A DNA stretch of 62,854 bases, filler included, from Dugesia japonica (lineage: Eukaryota): the NCBI GenBank assembly GCA_001938525.1. It is 6 parts of 6 records of this genome, joined end to end, with 100 filler letters (N's around TTAATTAATTAA, not from the genome) between each part and the next. Parts side by side here need not be neighbours in the genome. Positions count along the whole stretch, not along the records: positions 20,376 to 32,807 come from MQRL01578586.1; positions 32,908 to 41,402 come from MQRL01312752.1; 4 more parts are not named here. One strand, 5' to 3'. The first letter of the stretch is position 1, and each line of letters begins with the position of its first letter. A program made the position numbers and the translations under genes. The notes under the pieces were generated by a model that was not told the DNA's origin, searched no databases, and was given only the letters and a program-made list of their open reading frames with translations. This document shows, piece after piece, positions 25,860 to 37,183 of this stretch.

Positions 25860-28159
25860 TAACATGATATGTTAATCCAGCTTATATAAAAAGTTTAGAA
25901 GAAGAAGGATTTTTTGAACTCCAATCAATTCCAGAGTTTTAATCTAATAAATCGAATAATGAATGGCTAAATACAAAGTTTTCTGAATTATATCAAATCA
26001 AGGTAACTCCAATAATTAATACTTTATCCTTGAAGCAGGAAGATATGACTCTTAGACAGTATCTAACTGCTATCAGAGTTGCTGGAATTTGCAAAATTCC
26101 AGATTATGCTGAATTTAATAGAGAAAAGACTCTTATCAATATTTTTGAAAGGGGTTAATAATCGTTTGGCAGCCAGAGCCACGGAAATTATGAAACCAAA
26201 AACTCTGGAAGAAGCTTTCAATTTTATGAAAAAGGAAAATAAAACTTGACATAATGATAAGTTGCAATTTATTAGCAATGATGTTAATACAGAAAAATGG
26301 CAAGAAATGGAAATATTAAAACGAAAATTTATTGAGCTTGAAAATTGTATAAAGTATTTGGAAAGAAACCATTAAACAGATTCCTCAAAGTATGCAGTTC
26401 AAAAGTTCAAACAAGAATTGAAATGTTATAATTTTAACGGGAAAGATCATATTGCTCAAAATTGTAACAAACCATTACTATGCAGGAACTGTTACAAATC
26501 CGGACATATATCTCGATTTTGTCAAGCAGCAAAAAGATCTAATATTATGAAAGAAGCTTTTCGAAGACTAGAAGAAGCAAATGACAATTTATATATTGAA
26601 TATGATGAAGCCAGTTGTGATTATGAAAAGGAATCTGAAGATAGAAATGAATTTTTTAAAATTACTTCGAAAGAACGGTAAACTAAAAGAAATATCAACT
26701 ACTCAGATGATATTATTAAGTTGGATGAATATATTCGAGGTTCAAGACACAAATTTCCAATTCACAAATGACAAAGAACAATGATATCAGATACAAGAAG
26801 CAAACCAGCAGCAAACAAACCAATAATCAAAGGCAAAGTAAAACAAGAAGAAAAGAGAATCTTTATAGATTTTGGAGCAGAGTCTAGTATCATGGATTTC
26901 AAAATAGGAGAGTTAGCAAAAACCTAAAGAGCACTGTATCCGAGGGTCCAGATAATAGAGCGAGAAGTGGGCTCAAATGTGTACAGTAAGAGTTATATTA
27001 GAAAATATAGTAAATATTTTGGGAAAAGTGGAAGTAATTGTTTTAACGAGTTTAGATAGCGATATATTTTGTTTGAAGGAAGTTTTATTTAGTCCTTATA
27101 AAGATAAGTTAGCAAATTTTTAGCTGCAAATAGTGTCTTATGTTAGAGAAACTGGTGAAATCCCAGTAAGAATAATTAACTTAAAAAATAAAGATATTAC
27201 AATGTTTAGAAATACGAGATTAGGCTGTATTGAGATTGTAGATTATACAGAAAATAATATTGGAAATATTAATGGAATGTATCAGATACCGGGATGTGAC
27301 ATATCCAATGCATAAGGGATACGATTATGAACAGAGGATTCCGAGGACAACTCATTCTGATGACAGAACACAATTTAAATCAGAAATAATGAAGGAATTG
27401 CGTATTAAATTACAAATAAAGCAATCATTTTTAGCACCATATTTTCATCAGGGTAATGGGCTTATAGAACGCGTATTTAGAACAGCCAAAGACAAATTAT
27501 ATGCATCTTGTAAGTCGCATAACCAATCGTGGGTTAAAGCAATTCCTTTTGTTGAACTAAGTATGAGATCATCAAATAACAAAGAATTGGAGGTCTTACC
27601 TTATGAAATGTCTTTTAAAAAATAGATAAATTTGAAACCAGACATTTTGACTGCCAATGTAGAAATTGACAAACTGGATTTTCAGAAAAACATTGAACAA
27701 CAAAGGGAGAGAATTACAGAAAAGAGAAAACAGATTCCAAAAGAAAATAAAGCAGAAAATAAGAACCCTGCGTTAAAGATTGGTGGTTTGGGTAATGGTA
27801 AAAACAGAAGAGAGAGAGTGATGGTAAGCAAGTTTCTCAGTAATTATAATTTAGAATTAGATTATGGAATGAAAGTAATTCATCAAAATCTTAATTAAGT
27901 AAAACGATTCCATGGAGAATTCAGAGATAAAAAAGAAACGATAAAAGAAACAATCATTAGTGCCACAGCAGTGATGTAAAGCGTGTTTTTATAGACAACT
28001 CAAAACAATGCATAAGGTGATATCCAACGAGAGAGAGGAAGCCAAATCCCAAGTATGTGATGAACTCTTAAAACAAAGTGGATTGTGTGAATAATATTTA
28101 TTAATTTGTGTAGATTTTAAATAAATTTTAGTAAACTCAAGTTCCCTTATTTAATTACA
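25860..28159 (+). mobile_element. Internally deleted Gypsy element nested in the Polinton (gag with two zinc knuckles, protease, integrase, possible PPT and short LTR 28086-28159)
   Basis: CYNFNGKDHIAQNC and CRNCYKSGHISRFC; IFIDFGAESSIM; IPRTTHSD..TQFKS, APYFHQGNGLIER, LPYEM. Purine-rich tract then TG...CA. RT and RNase H are absent. Confidence 0.85.
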
Positions 28160-28328
28160 ATTTAAAATTACTATTACAAAAAAAACAATTTGTTTTAACA
28201 TTAAAAATATAATCACCATAATTAATTTTAATATTTTGTTGTGACTTTCCATCAAAAGAATATTTTACTCGAGAATATCTGTTTCTCTTAGGTTTCAAAT
28301 TTAATTCTCTTAAATTTTTATTTAATGT

Positions 28329-28520
28329 TCAAACACGTATTCCCATTTCTTTAGCAATAATAGAATATTTTAAATTGGGATCTTTAAAAATAAGTTCTTG
28401 ATATTTACCTGCTAAACAAATCTTTTGAGATTTATTTAACAATTTTGTATCAAAGGTATTTGCACAATTCATATAATCAACAATATTTTCACACAAATCT
28501 TTTTTACTTTCTGTGGTCAT
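28329..28520 (-). CDS. Small ORF with an HTH-like end (KYSIIAKEMGI), probably a Polinton accessory gene
   Basis: ATG ORF co-oriented with and upstream of pPolB, beyond the Gypsy insertion. Confidence 0.35.
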   Translation of the reverse strand: MTTESKKDLCENIVDYMNCANTFDTKLLNKSQKICLAGKYQELIFKDPNLKYSIIAKEMGIRV

Positions 28521-28815
28521 TTTTCTTTAGTAATAAAATAAGGTATTACATAAAGAACTATGTAGAAAATAATTTTAGAATATAGGGAATTAGATAAGAA
28601 AATATTAAAGGAATATAATAAATATGTAATTATACAAATAATTTATTTCTTTTGTATTTATTTCTATAATAATTTTCTAGAGTAATTTTATTTGAGTAAT
28701 TGTTTTGTTTTGTTATTTGATTTTTTTAGAGCATTTAATATTTTTTAATTTATATACATCTTGTTCAACTTTTTTTAAAGAAGTTAATCTAATTATTTTT
28801 TCTTCATCATATTCA

Positions 28816-29010
28816 TTAGCTTTTTTTTAATTCCTCTTTTAAAGTATCATTTTCAATTGATAAATCGTAAATTAAATTAAATTTTAGATAAACTTCTTTT
28901 AAAATTAAATTTTGTTCTTTAAATGATGAATTTATTACTTAAATATAATCTTGTTTTAGATTATGCATAAATTTTGTATCTTGTTTTATACCTTCAATAA
29001 ACTCTTCCAT
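28816..29010 (-). pseudogene. Small coiled-coil ORF with one internal stop, homologous to the 52-kb triplet
   Basis: MEEFIEGIKQDTKFMHNLKQDY...IYDLSIENDTLKEELK. Confidence 0.55.
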
Positions 29011-29050
29011 TTTTCTAAAGCAAAATAAAAAAAATACAATACATGAGTAA

Positions 29051-29680
29051 TAGTGATTAGTACGAATTTTGGCGAGACTTTTTTTACTAAATGTGCACTG
29101 ATTATTTTATTGCGAAACCATAAGCCAAAACCCTTAATTTTTTTTTATTCACAAGTCTGTTGTACTAGTAATGGTTACCCTCTTTTTTCCAATGTAATCA
29201 CTGATTAATTTCTGTTGTGTTTTACGGTCTCGGNNNNNNNNNNNNNNNNNNNNNNNNNNNNNNNNNNNNNNNNNNNNNNNNNNTTAAATTTTAGATAAAC
29301 TTCTTTTAAAATTAAATTTTGTTCTTTAAATGATGAATTTATTACTTAAATATAATCTTGTTTTAGATTATGCATAAATTTTGTATCTTGTTTTATACCT
29401 TCAATAAACTCTTCCATTTTTCTAAAGCAAAATAAAAAAANNNNNNNNNNNNNNNNNNNNNNNNNNNNNNNNNNNNNNNNNNNNNNNNNNNNNNNNNNNN
29501 NNNNNNNNNNNNNNNNNNNNNNNNNNNNNNNNNNNNNNNNNNNNNNNNNNNNNNNNNNNNNNNNNNNNNNNNNNNNNNNNNNNNNTTGTACTAGTAATGG
29601 TTACCCTCTTTTTTCCAATGTAATCACTGATTAATTTCTGTTGTGTTTTACGGTCTCGGCTAAATTTGTACTAATCACTA
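29051..29680. mobile_element. MITE with 28-bp TIRs (TAGTGATTAGTAC...), about 204 bp once gap-flanking duplicates are collapsed
   Basis: 29051-29078 is the reverse complement of 29653-29680 with 3 mismatches. 29586-29659 duplicates 29160-29233. Confidence 0.7.
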
Positions 29681-29699
29681 TTTATTGGCGTAAGTTTTC

Positions 29700-30231
29700 T
29701 GAAATCAATTCTTAACGTAATGAAACATGGTGCTTTCAAGATCACTCAAAAACTAAAAGACAAGATGTGTATTAGAAGACAAAACACATCAAGAAAATAA
29801 GAAATGTCCCATTAAAATTCAAAACAATGCTATAAACAAATATTGAGAAAAGTTTGATTGCAAGAATTCATATTCGTATTCATCTAGATGGAAACAGTTG
29901 TTGTTTGTTGCACGATCATGCGCCCAGTTACAAATCAATGATTGTTTCTTGATATTTTGTAAAACATAATTACAAATCATTGACTTTATTTGGCTGATTT
30001 ATTCCTTATTCCCTTCTCTTTACAACCTTACCAATAGCTTCAACTCGCGTTTTTAAAGAAATATCTCAACAACAATTGGAACAGGCATTTCAATCTTAAT
30101 TTAATCGCTGTAACAGATGCATTGAATCAATAGATTATAATTTTTAATAAATAAAACAATAAAGTTTTTTATATTTTGTTTTATTTTGATTTTACAGACT
30201 CAGGCATGAAACTTAATTGTCAAACTGAGTA
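29700..30231 (+). mobile_element. Mariner transposase remnant
   Basis: LLHDHAPSY (HDNA motif, ~29905), RCNRCIES.DY C-terminus, and a TIR-like end aaacttaattgtcaaactgagta. Confidence 0.6.
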
Positions 30232-31282
30232 TGTTAAAATGATCACGGATTTCTAAATTATTTAACTATGCTAAACATTTTATGATATGTATCATTTTAC
30301 GTAAGTACTTAGACCAGTCTCATTACTTTTAAGACAGGCCTTGTATTTCTTAGAATTTCTAAAAAATCTTTAAAACAAATATAGAAATTAATGATTTTTC
30401 AAAAATCATCGAAAATACGTTAAATATATTTTAAATTATAATTATTACATGTTCATCAATAATATTTATCTTCTAATTGCTTTTCTTATTTAACATTTTA
30501 AGTGTTTTTTTTTATATCGACGACTTTTAAACAACTGTCTATCAACTTTGGAATATTTTTCCTTAATAAAAAAGTATAAAAATACTTTTAAAATAATAAT
30601 TAAAATATTTTTGTTTTAATAATGTAATAATAAATAAATGGGGTCAAATGAAATTTTAAACGTAACAATAGAAAAAATGAATTAATTCCATTTAATAAAT
30701 GGGGAATTTTTTTAATTCTCTTGCTAATATCAACCATTAAAACGTTTACGAGTAATGATTGACTTTAGTTTATTACAAACGTTTTTATTTATTATAACGA
30801 ATTATTTTCATACGGCAATTTTTTCCAAATTTTACAAATTTTCTTCTATATTTTATTTTTCCTTTAAAAATTTTTTAACTAAAAACAAAAATTCATAAAA
30901 AATTTAAAACTAATAAATTTATCTCATTCTTTTACATTAACACTCGTAAAACAAACTTAAGTATATTAATAATAGTTACAATTACTTTACTTATTAATTG
31001 GAAATAATTAACAATAATTTCTTTGTTACAGGCGCATTATTTATTTTAATGCTCAGTTGGAAACCAATCTTCAAATGTTCTAAATGCCTCTTGAGAATAA
31101 AGAATTCATAGATATTATAGAATTTATAATTATTTCAATTATCTATTCAATTGATAATAACTTTTTTCGCATTTATTTATCATTATTTTATGATTTTAGT
31201 ATATTTTACTATTCTGGATAAATACTTTTTTATAATTAAATATTTTATCTCATTGAATCTTTTTTAGATTCAAATGTGATAA

Positions 31283-31346
<64 letters not shown>

Positions 31347-31347
31347 N
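31283..31347. repeat. (TTA)n microsatellite running into a gap
   Basis: About 21 perfect TTA units. Confidence 0.95.
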
Positions 31348-32427
31348 NNNNNNNNNNNNNNNNNNNNNNNNNNNNNNNNNNNNNNNNNNNNNNNNNNNNN
31401 NNNNNNNNNNNNNNNNNNNNNNNNNNNNNNNNNNNNNNNNNNNNNNNNNNNNNNNNNNNNNNNNNNNNNNNNNNNNNNNNNNNNNNNNNNNNNNNNNNNN
31501 NNNNNNNNNNNNNNNNNNNNNNNNNNNNNNNNNNNNAAAATATTATTTAATGAACAGTTTCTTATCTGTTTTTTATCAACTTTCAAGATCTATTTTTCTT
31601 TGTTTTTTTTGTTTTCATTTAAACATATGTCAGAAATTAATTGTAATGATGTAAAATTAAATTGATCAATTTGTATTTGATGATATTATTTCAGTGTATT
31701 AACTAAATTAATAATGAACTTTAAGTAATTATAAATTATAAATTCATAATTAATATTTGTTTTAACATGAAATAGAAACATTTCTAAAATTCATTTGAGA
31801 TAATAAAAACCACTTATTTAAAATTTATATAAATGGATTATATTTTTTCATTTTATTTTCATTTTATTTTCATTTTTTTTCATCTTTAAGACACTCATTC
31901 AATTTTAAAATTCTATTGAATGATTTTAATTGATACTATTGTTGATTTTTATTTAAACGGTTTAATTTAAAATTAAATAGAAAAATTTTGAGAACAAATT
32001 ATTTTATATAATTAAACTGCGAATTTAATTTGAAATTTTATTGATGTTTATTAAGTAATTTCTCTATTAATTATTTAAAATCATAAAAAAATTAACCTGT
32101 GATCAAAATACGTTGTTACGAAATTCTACAAAATTTACAAAAAAATTCAATTATATCAACATTAATCTCAAATTTCAGATTGTCTCTGGAATTATTGAAT
32201 AAATGCATGAAACTGTCGTTAGCAAAATATTTATTAGGCTAAATATTTACAATATTTTGAGATTATTATTATATTGATGCTTAAGTTTATTCTTCGGTCA
32301 AGCAACATTGCTTTAAAATAAAATATTGTTAGGCATATATTAAAATTATCTTGACGAAATACTGTTGTTTAAATGAACTATTTTAGAAATTTTGAATCTG
32401 ATAATAATTTCAATAAAATTATTAATA

Positions 32428-32516
32428 TTCATTTAAAATAAAAGTTTCGATCAAACTTTTTTTTATTGAATCAATCTCAAAAAAAACTTTGATCGAAGAT
32501 TTTATTTTAAATGAAA
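32428..32516. repeat. Near-perfect ~89-bp palindrome
   Basis: ttcatttaaaataaaagtttcgatcaaac... pairs with ...ctttgatcgaagattttattttaaatgaa. Confidence 0.8.
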
Positions 32517-32907
32517 TCTAAAAAACCATCAATGGTTATGTCCAACAATTATTCTCGCTATAATTGCAATTGTAAAGCAAAATTATTAATATTTAATATT
32601 AATAAATAATATAAAATTTAATATTTGTAAAGAAAATGAGATGTCAAATAGAAAAAATATGGTCATTTCCGAAGCATATTATTATTTAAATTCAACAAAA
32701 GTCGGAAATCTTTAGAAGCATTTTTGTTGTTTATGGAAAGAATAGAATTGTCAAAATTACAGCACAAAATTTGTTTCCCGTCTCAAAAAGGGTCATTTTA
32801 ATAAAAANNNNNNNNNNNNNNNNNNNNNNNNNNNNNNNNNNNNNNNNNNNNTTAATTAATTAANNNNNNNNNNNNNNNNNNNNNNNNNNNNNNNNNNNNN
32901 NNNNNNN

Positions 32908-33950
32908 AGAAATAATGTGTTGGCGTTATAACAAAAAAGAGTACTTAAGCCAAAACTGCACAGTAAAACGAATGGTAAACTGTTGGTCATGCGGTGAGGA
33001 ATGATATGTGAGCAGAAAATTCATCAAGGACTATGCTTTGAATGCGAGAAAGCTAAAGGAATTATGTAAAAAAAACCAGGCCGGGGAAAACGAAGTTAAT
33101 ATGGTAGGAATTTTTTGAAGAATTAAAAGCATCACTTAAATCGTCACCGGTGTTTGGATTCTCTGTTATGAGAAGAGAGTTCATCTTTAACACAATTGGC
33201 GCAGTTTTGTCATAAAAAGATGAAACGGTAAAGAAAGAGTAATCGCCTAAGGGTCACACGCAATATCTAGACATGAAACAGGATATTACATAACAAGAAA
33301 AGAATTATTAGCGATATATTACTTCTGTGTACATTTCAAACATTATCTATATGGGAAATGGTTTACGTTGAGAAGATTACACTGTGATAGATGCACCCAA
33401 TGCTAGATGAAACGCAAAGACGCAAAATCAGAAAAACCAAAAACGAAACTATTAATAGAACGGGACTATATATATGAAATCAAAGTGGCGGAAAAAACAT
33501 GGCTAACGAACTATGCAACTGATCAGAAAATCTGGGAAATTCATATATTTTTGTGTCACACGTGTACAAAAAGACTTAGACTTACATAGACGCTAGATAC
33601 GCATGAAAACAGGCTGAGAGAAAGGACGAGAAAGTTGGTACTGACATGTGTTAGGTGCCAAAACGTTAAAGCGAATACGTCAAAAAATAAAGAATATACA
33701 TACTGGTAGGGAAATTATGAAACATTCGATGCAGTATTTGTGGAAACTTGAGGACCATTGAAAGTAGAAAAGAAATACATATTGGAAATGATTGGCCAAT
33801 GTACTAAGTACATAGGATTAATAGCACTAAGCAGACAAGATCTGGTAACAATCAGTGAAAACATTTGAAATAAGTGGATTCTTAAATGTGGGTGTCCAAG
33901 AATGATGAGATTAGATAGATTCCATTTAAAGCTACAACCTTCGGCCATTT
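32908..33950 (+). mobile_element. Degraded Gypsy gag-pol (knuckles, RNase H, integrase zinc finger)
   Basis: CWSCGEE; LKSSPVFGF, IGAVLS, ERVIA.GSH, TRKELLAIYYFCVHFKHYLYGK.FTLR; H..LCH...C.RC. Confidence 0.8.
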
Positions 33951-34335
33951 TTCAGACAATGAATGTATTCTACTAAAGAAGAATACTAACTCTTTGAGGC
34001 AATTCAGTAATTAACTCAATTCTGAAAGTTTTCACTGGAACTGAACTGCTTTTCTGAAAGTGTTGATCACATTGAGAGGTGATATAAGACTTCCCAGTTT
34101 GCTCATTCTATGTAATTTTTAACAACCTAATGAACATGTGGCCTAGCGTTATCATATTGCAAAATTATCTTTGCATATCTATTTTTCTAATCTTGTCTTT
34201 TGTCGATTAGACCTCGCATCACACGAATTAATTGCAATCGATTACATTAATAAAGTTATAGTTTCTGATGGTTTAAGCAGTTCATAATAGATGACGCCTT
34301 TCTAATTCCATCAGACACATAGCACAACTTTCTAA
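33950..34335 (-). mobile_element. Mariner transposase fragment
   Basis: KVVLCV.WN.KGVIYYELLKPSETI, ILQYDNARPHV, WEVLYH. Confidence 0.8.
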
Positions 34336-35189
34336 CAAAAAATGAAAAGTTCACAACACTTGTGTCTCATGAGTAAGAAATCAATCGTTTCTACAGAATT
34401 TAATTATCAGCGTTGTGAAGTTATTAATTTTATTATTGCCTTCACCAAAATATTGTCAGTTACAGTTAAAAGAATTTAAATGTAACAACGCATTTTGATT
34501 TTGATTTTATTTAATTTTATTTAATTTTAAAACTTGAAATTTTGAGTATCTAAATCCGACTTTCGGATCTGAGTTTTAAGGTTATTACCCAATAAGTTCG
34601 GGTCCAGAAACCCTTACATTTACAAACCTATCTATAAAATCAGTGAAAGTCTTACTAATTAAAGAAATATCAAGTCAGTCAAATTAATAGCATTTTACAA
34701 TGGAATTTTTCAATTAATTAGAAATTAGAATATTTTCTTAAGTTAATTGAAATTATCATTGATTAATGTGAAATTTTTAAATAGATTCAATCGATATTTA
34801 CATATTAAATCAAATTTGTATCAATAATATGTTGTTTTTATCGATTTTGTCGTACGAAATTCCTGTCGCATCTGTAAGTTAGCGTTTGTGATAATATGAA
34901 TAATAAAAATTCGTAAATTTAAACGTAACTGTTTAAAACTTAATTATTTTAATTTCTATTATAACACAATCAGTTCAGCATCAAAACTTTATAATTTCAT
35001 ACAAACCGGAATTCTTATATTTATTTTAACTTGTGTTTATAATTAATAGAATATTATTTAGGCTTGTTGAATGTTCAGTATAACGTTTTGAAATTAAAAG
35101 TTCACCGTTGAATATACGGTCTCCAAGTAAAAATGTATGTATACAACTAAACACGCCAAACTGAGCATCCAGAGAACAGAGCTTGCTCA

Positions 35190-35400
35190 TCACATTTACA
35201 TAAATGAGATTGGCAAGGATTATGCCGTACAATTTCAATAATGCCAGGTTTGTAGTTCCTATTGCAACGTAGAACTTGTAATACCACAACTACCAATTCA
35301 ATTAATTTCTCTAATTCTACGAAGAGTATTTACGATTGATCTTTCATCAATTCATTCAACTTAAGTTGATTTTGTTTTAGCACTTCTGCGGTTCTGTACC
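35190..35400 (-). mobile_element. hAT C-terminal dimerisation-domain remnant
   Basis: LFVELEKLIELVVV ... STLQ ... TTNLALLKL; heavily decayed. Confidence 0.4.
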
Positions 35401-37183
35401 CCATGACTTCCTTTTATTTGAAACTTTTTTAGAATAATAATCAAATCAACTCTTATTATTACATTTTTATTGTTAGGTGAGTTTGGAAAACTCCTCGAAT
35501 CATTTATATCAGAATTCAACTCCATAAATTTATTAAAATAAAAACTATATCCATAATTATTCGTTTAAACAAGCAAATTAAAACTTCATGCTCTAATCGG
35601 AAATTATTTTTCAAAAATTTAAAAAAATTTAGATTTAAAATTTGATTGGTAATTTTTCATAAAATTTTAAAACAAAAATAAATTATCATTCGTATTAAAT
35701 TATAATTTAAAAATTTTTACAAAAATTTAAAAAAAAACTTTCATAAAATTTTCAAAGCAAAATCACTTGCTATTAAATTATTATTTTAAAACCTTCTGAA
35801 CTTTCAAAACAAAATTGACATTTCGAAAAATTTGAATTTATTTTAATTTCATAATTAATTTGTGATTTTGAAAATTTTTAAAAAAAGATTTTAACTCGCT
35901 TCTAAACTACTCATATTTATAATAACTAAATAACTTATAAAAAAAATAACAAAATATCTACGTTTCTTGTAGTAAAAAGATCTTTGATGACATTCTTAGC
36001 AGTATGAAGTAAATAATTTGAGGAAATTTAACTAAGCATTCTTTTAAAATATATATTATTGTTATAAAGTCGTTTTAATTCCAAAGAACAAACTTTTTCC
36101 CATATCGACTTNNNNNNNNNNNNNNNNNNNNNNNNNNNNNNNNNNNNNNNNNNNNNNNNNNNNNNNNNNNNNNNNNNNNNNNNNNNNNNNNNNNNNNNNN
36201 NNNNNNNNNNNTTGAAAAATATTGATACGAGGTTTCAAGAAAATCATAATAAATCTTTGGAAACAAGTGTTAATGTTATCCAATAAGCTTCTGTCAAAAG
36301 GAAGAAAAACGTTAATTTCAGAAGAGAATTGAGCACTCCGGAAATTCTGATGAAGTCAAGTCCGGAAACCTCGTCGAATTTGAATGTTCGTAAAGTTTTC
36401 TGACAACGAATTCTGGAAAATCCATTTCGATATTATCTGATTCAGAAACCGAAGGAAAAAACAAAAGAATTGCTCAATATGTCAATAATGAAAAATAATA
36501 CTTCAAGACAGATCGCGCCAATCAAAACCAAGAAATTAGAGGGTTTATATTAAAAAAATCCATTAAAAAACTAACTGGATTGTAGCCTCAAAAGAATTTT
36601 TCTCCATAATATCCCACATATATTTTCTTCAACGATAAAGAAACCTAGATTTGGAACAACTGTTATAAAATTCGAGCATCCAATACGAAATTATATAATT
36701 TATTCCAGCTTACAAGATAATGCTTATGCTTTTCGCTATAAATAAATGATTTCATATTACCACAAATTAGAATTAATGATACAAATAGTGGCTAATGTAT
36801 TTCCATAAGAATGAAATTATTTTTCAAAAAGTCATTAATATTATAAAGTCATGATGTTATACATTAGTAAAATAGTAAAATTTACTAATGAAGTTTTGCA
36901 AATAAAAAAATTTCTCAATAATATAATTCTAAAAAAAACAAATTCTAAATAAATAATTTTTCAAATAAAAATTTCAAATAAAAAAAATTCCAAATAAAAC
37001 TAATGCTCTCTTGAACACCGCTGTCGGCTCACAGAAACCACCTAGGAATTCTAAAATAACATATCCCGTGAAATGGCATTTTGTGAATAAATTTACGAGA
37101 GAAGTAAACAAATTTCATATAAAAATACATTTTTTTAAAAAAAAAATTTTAATATAATTTTTATAGAAAAATAAAAAGTTCAA

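Noticed and set aside
29284-29420. Exact duplicate of ~28877-29013 and onward between gaps
   Set aside because: An identical copy flanked by Ns is most likely a scaffolding artefact.
31276-31665. Poly-Tyr ORF and other ORFs spanning Ns (8.9, 36.1, 41.9 and 54.6 kb)
   Set aside because: They arise from a microsatellite or gap characters.
36341-36381. Hammerhead-like CTGATGA...GAAAC...GTC
   Set aside because: Stem II does not pair and stem I is one base out of register; at best a dead relic.
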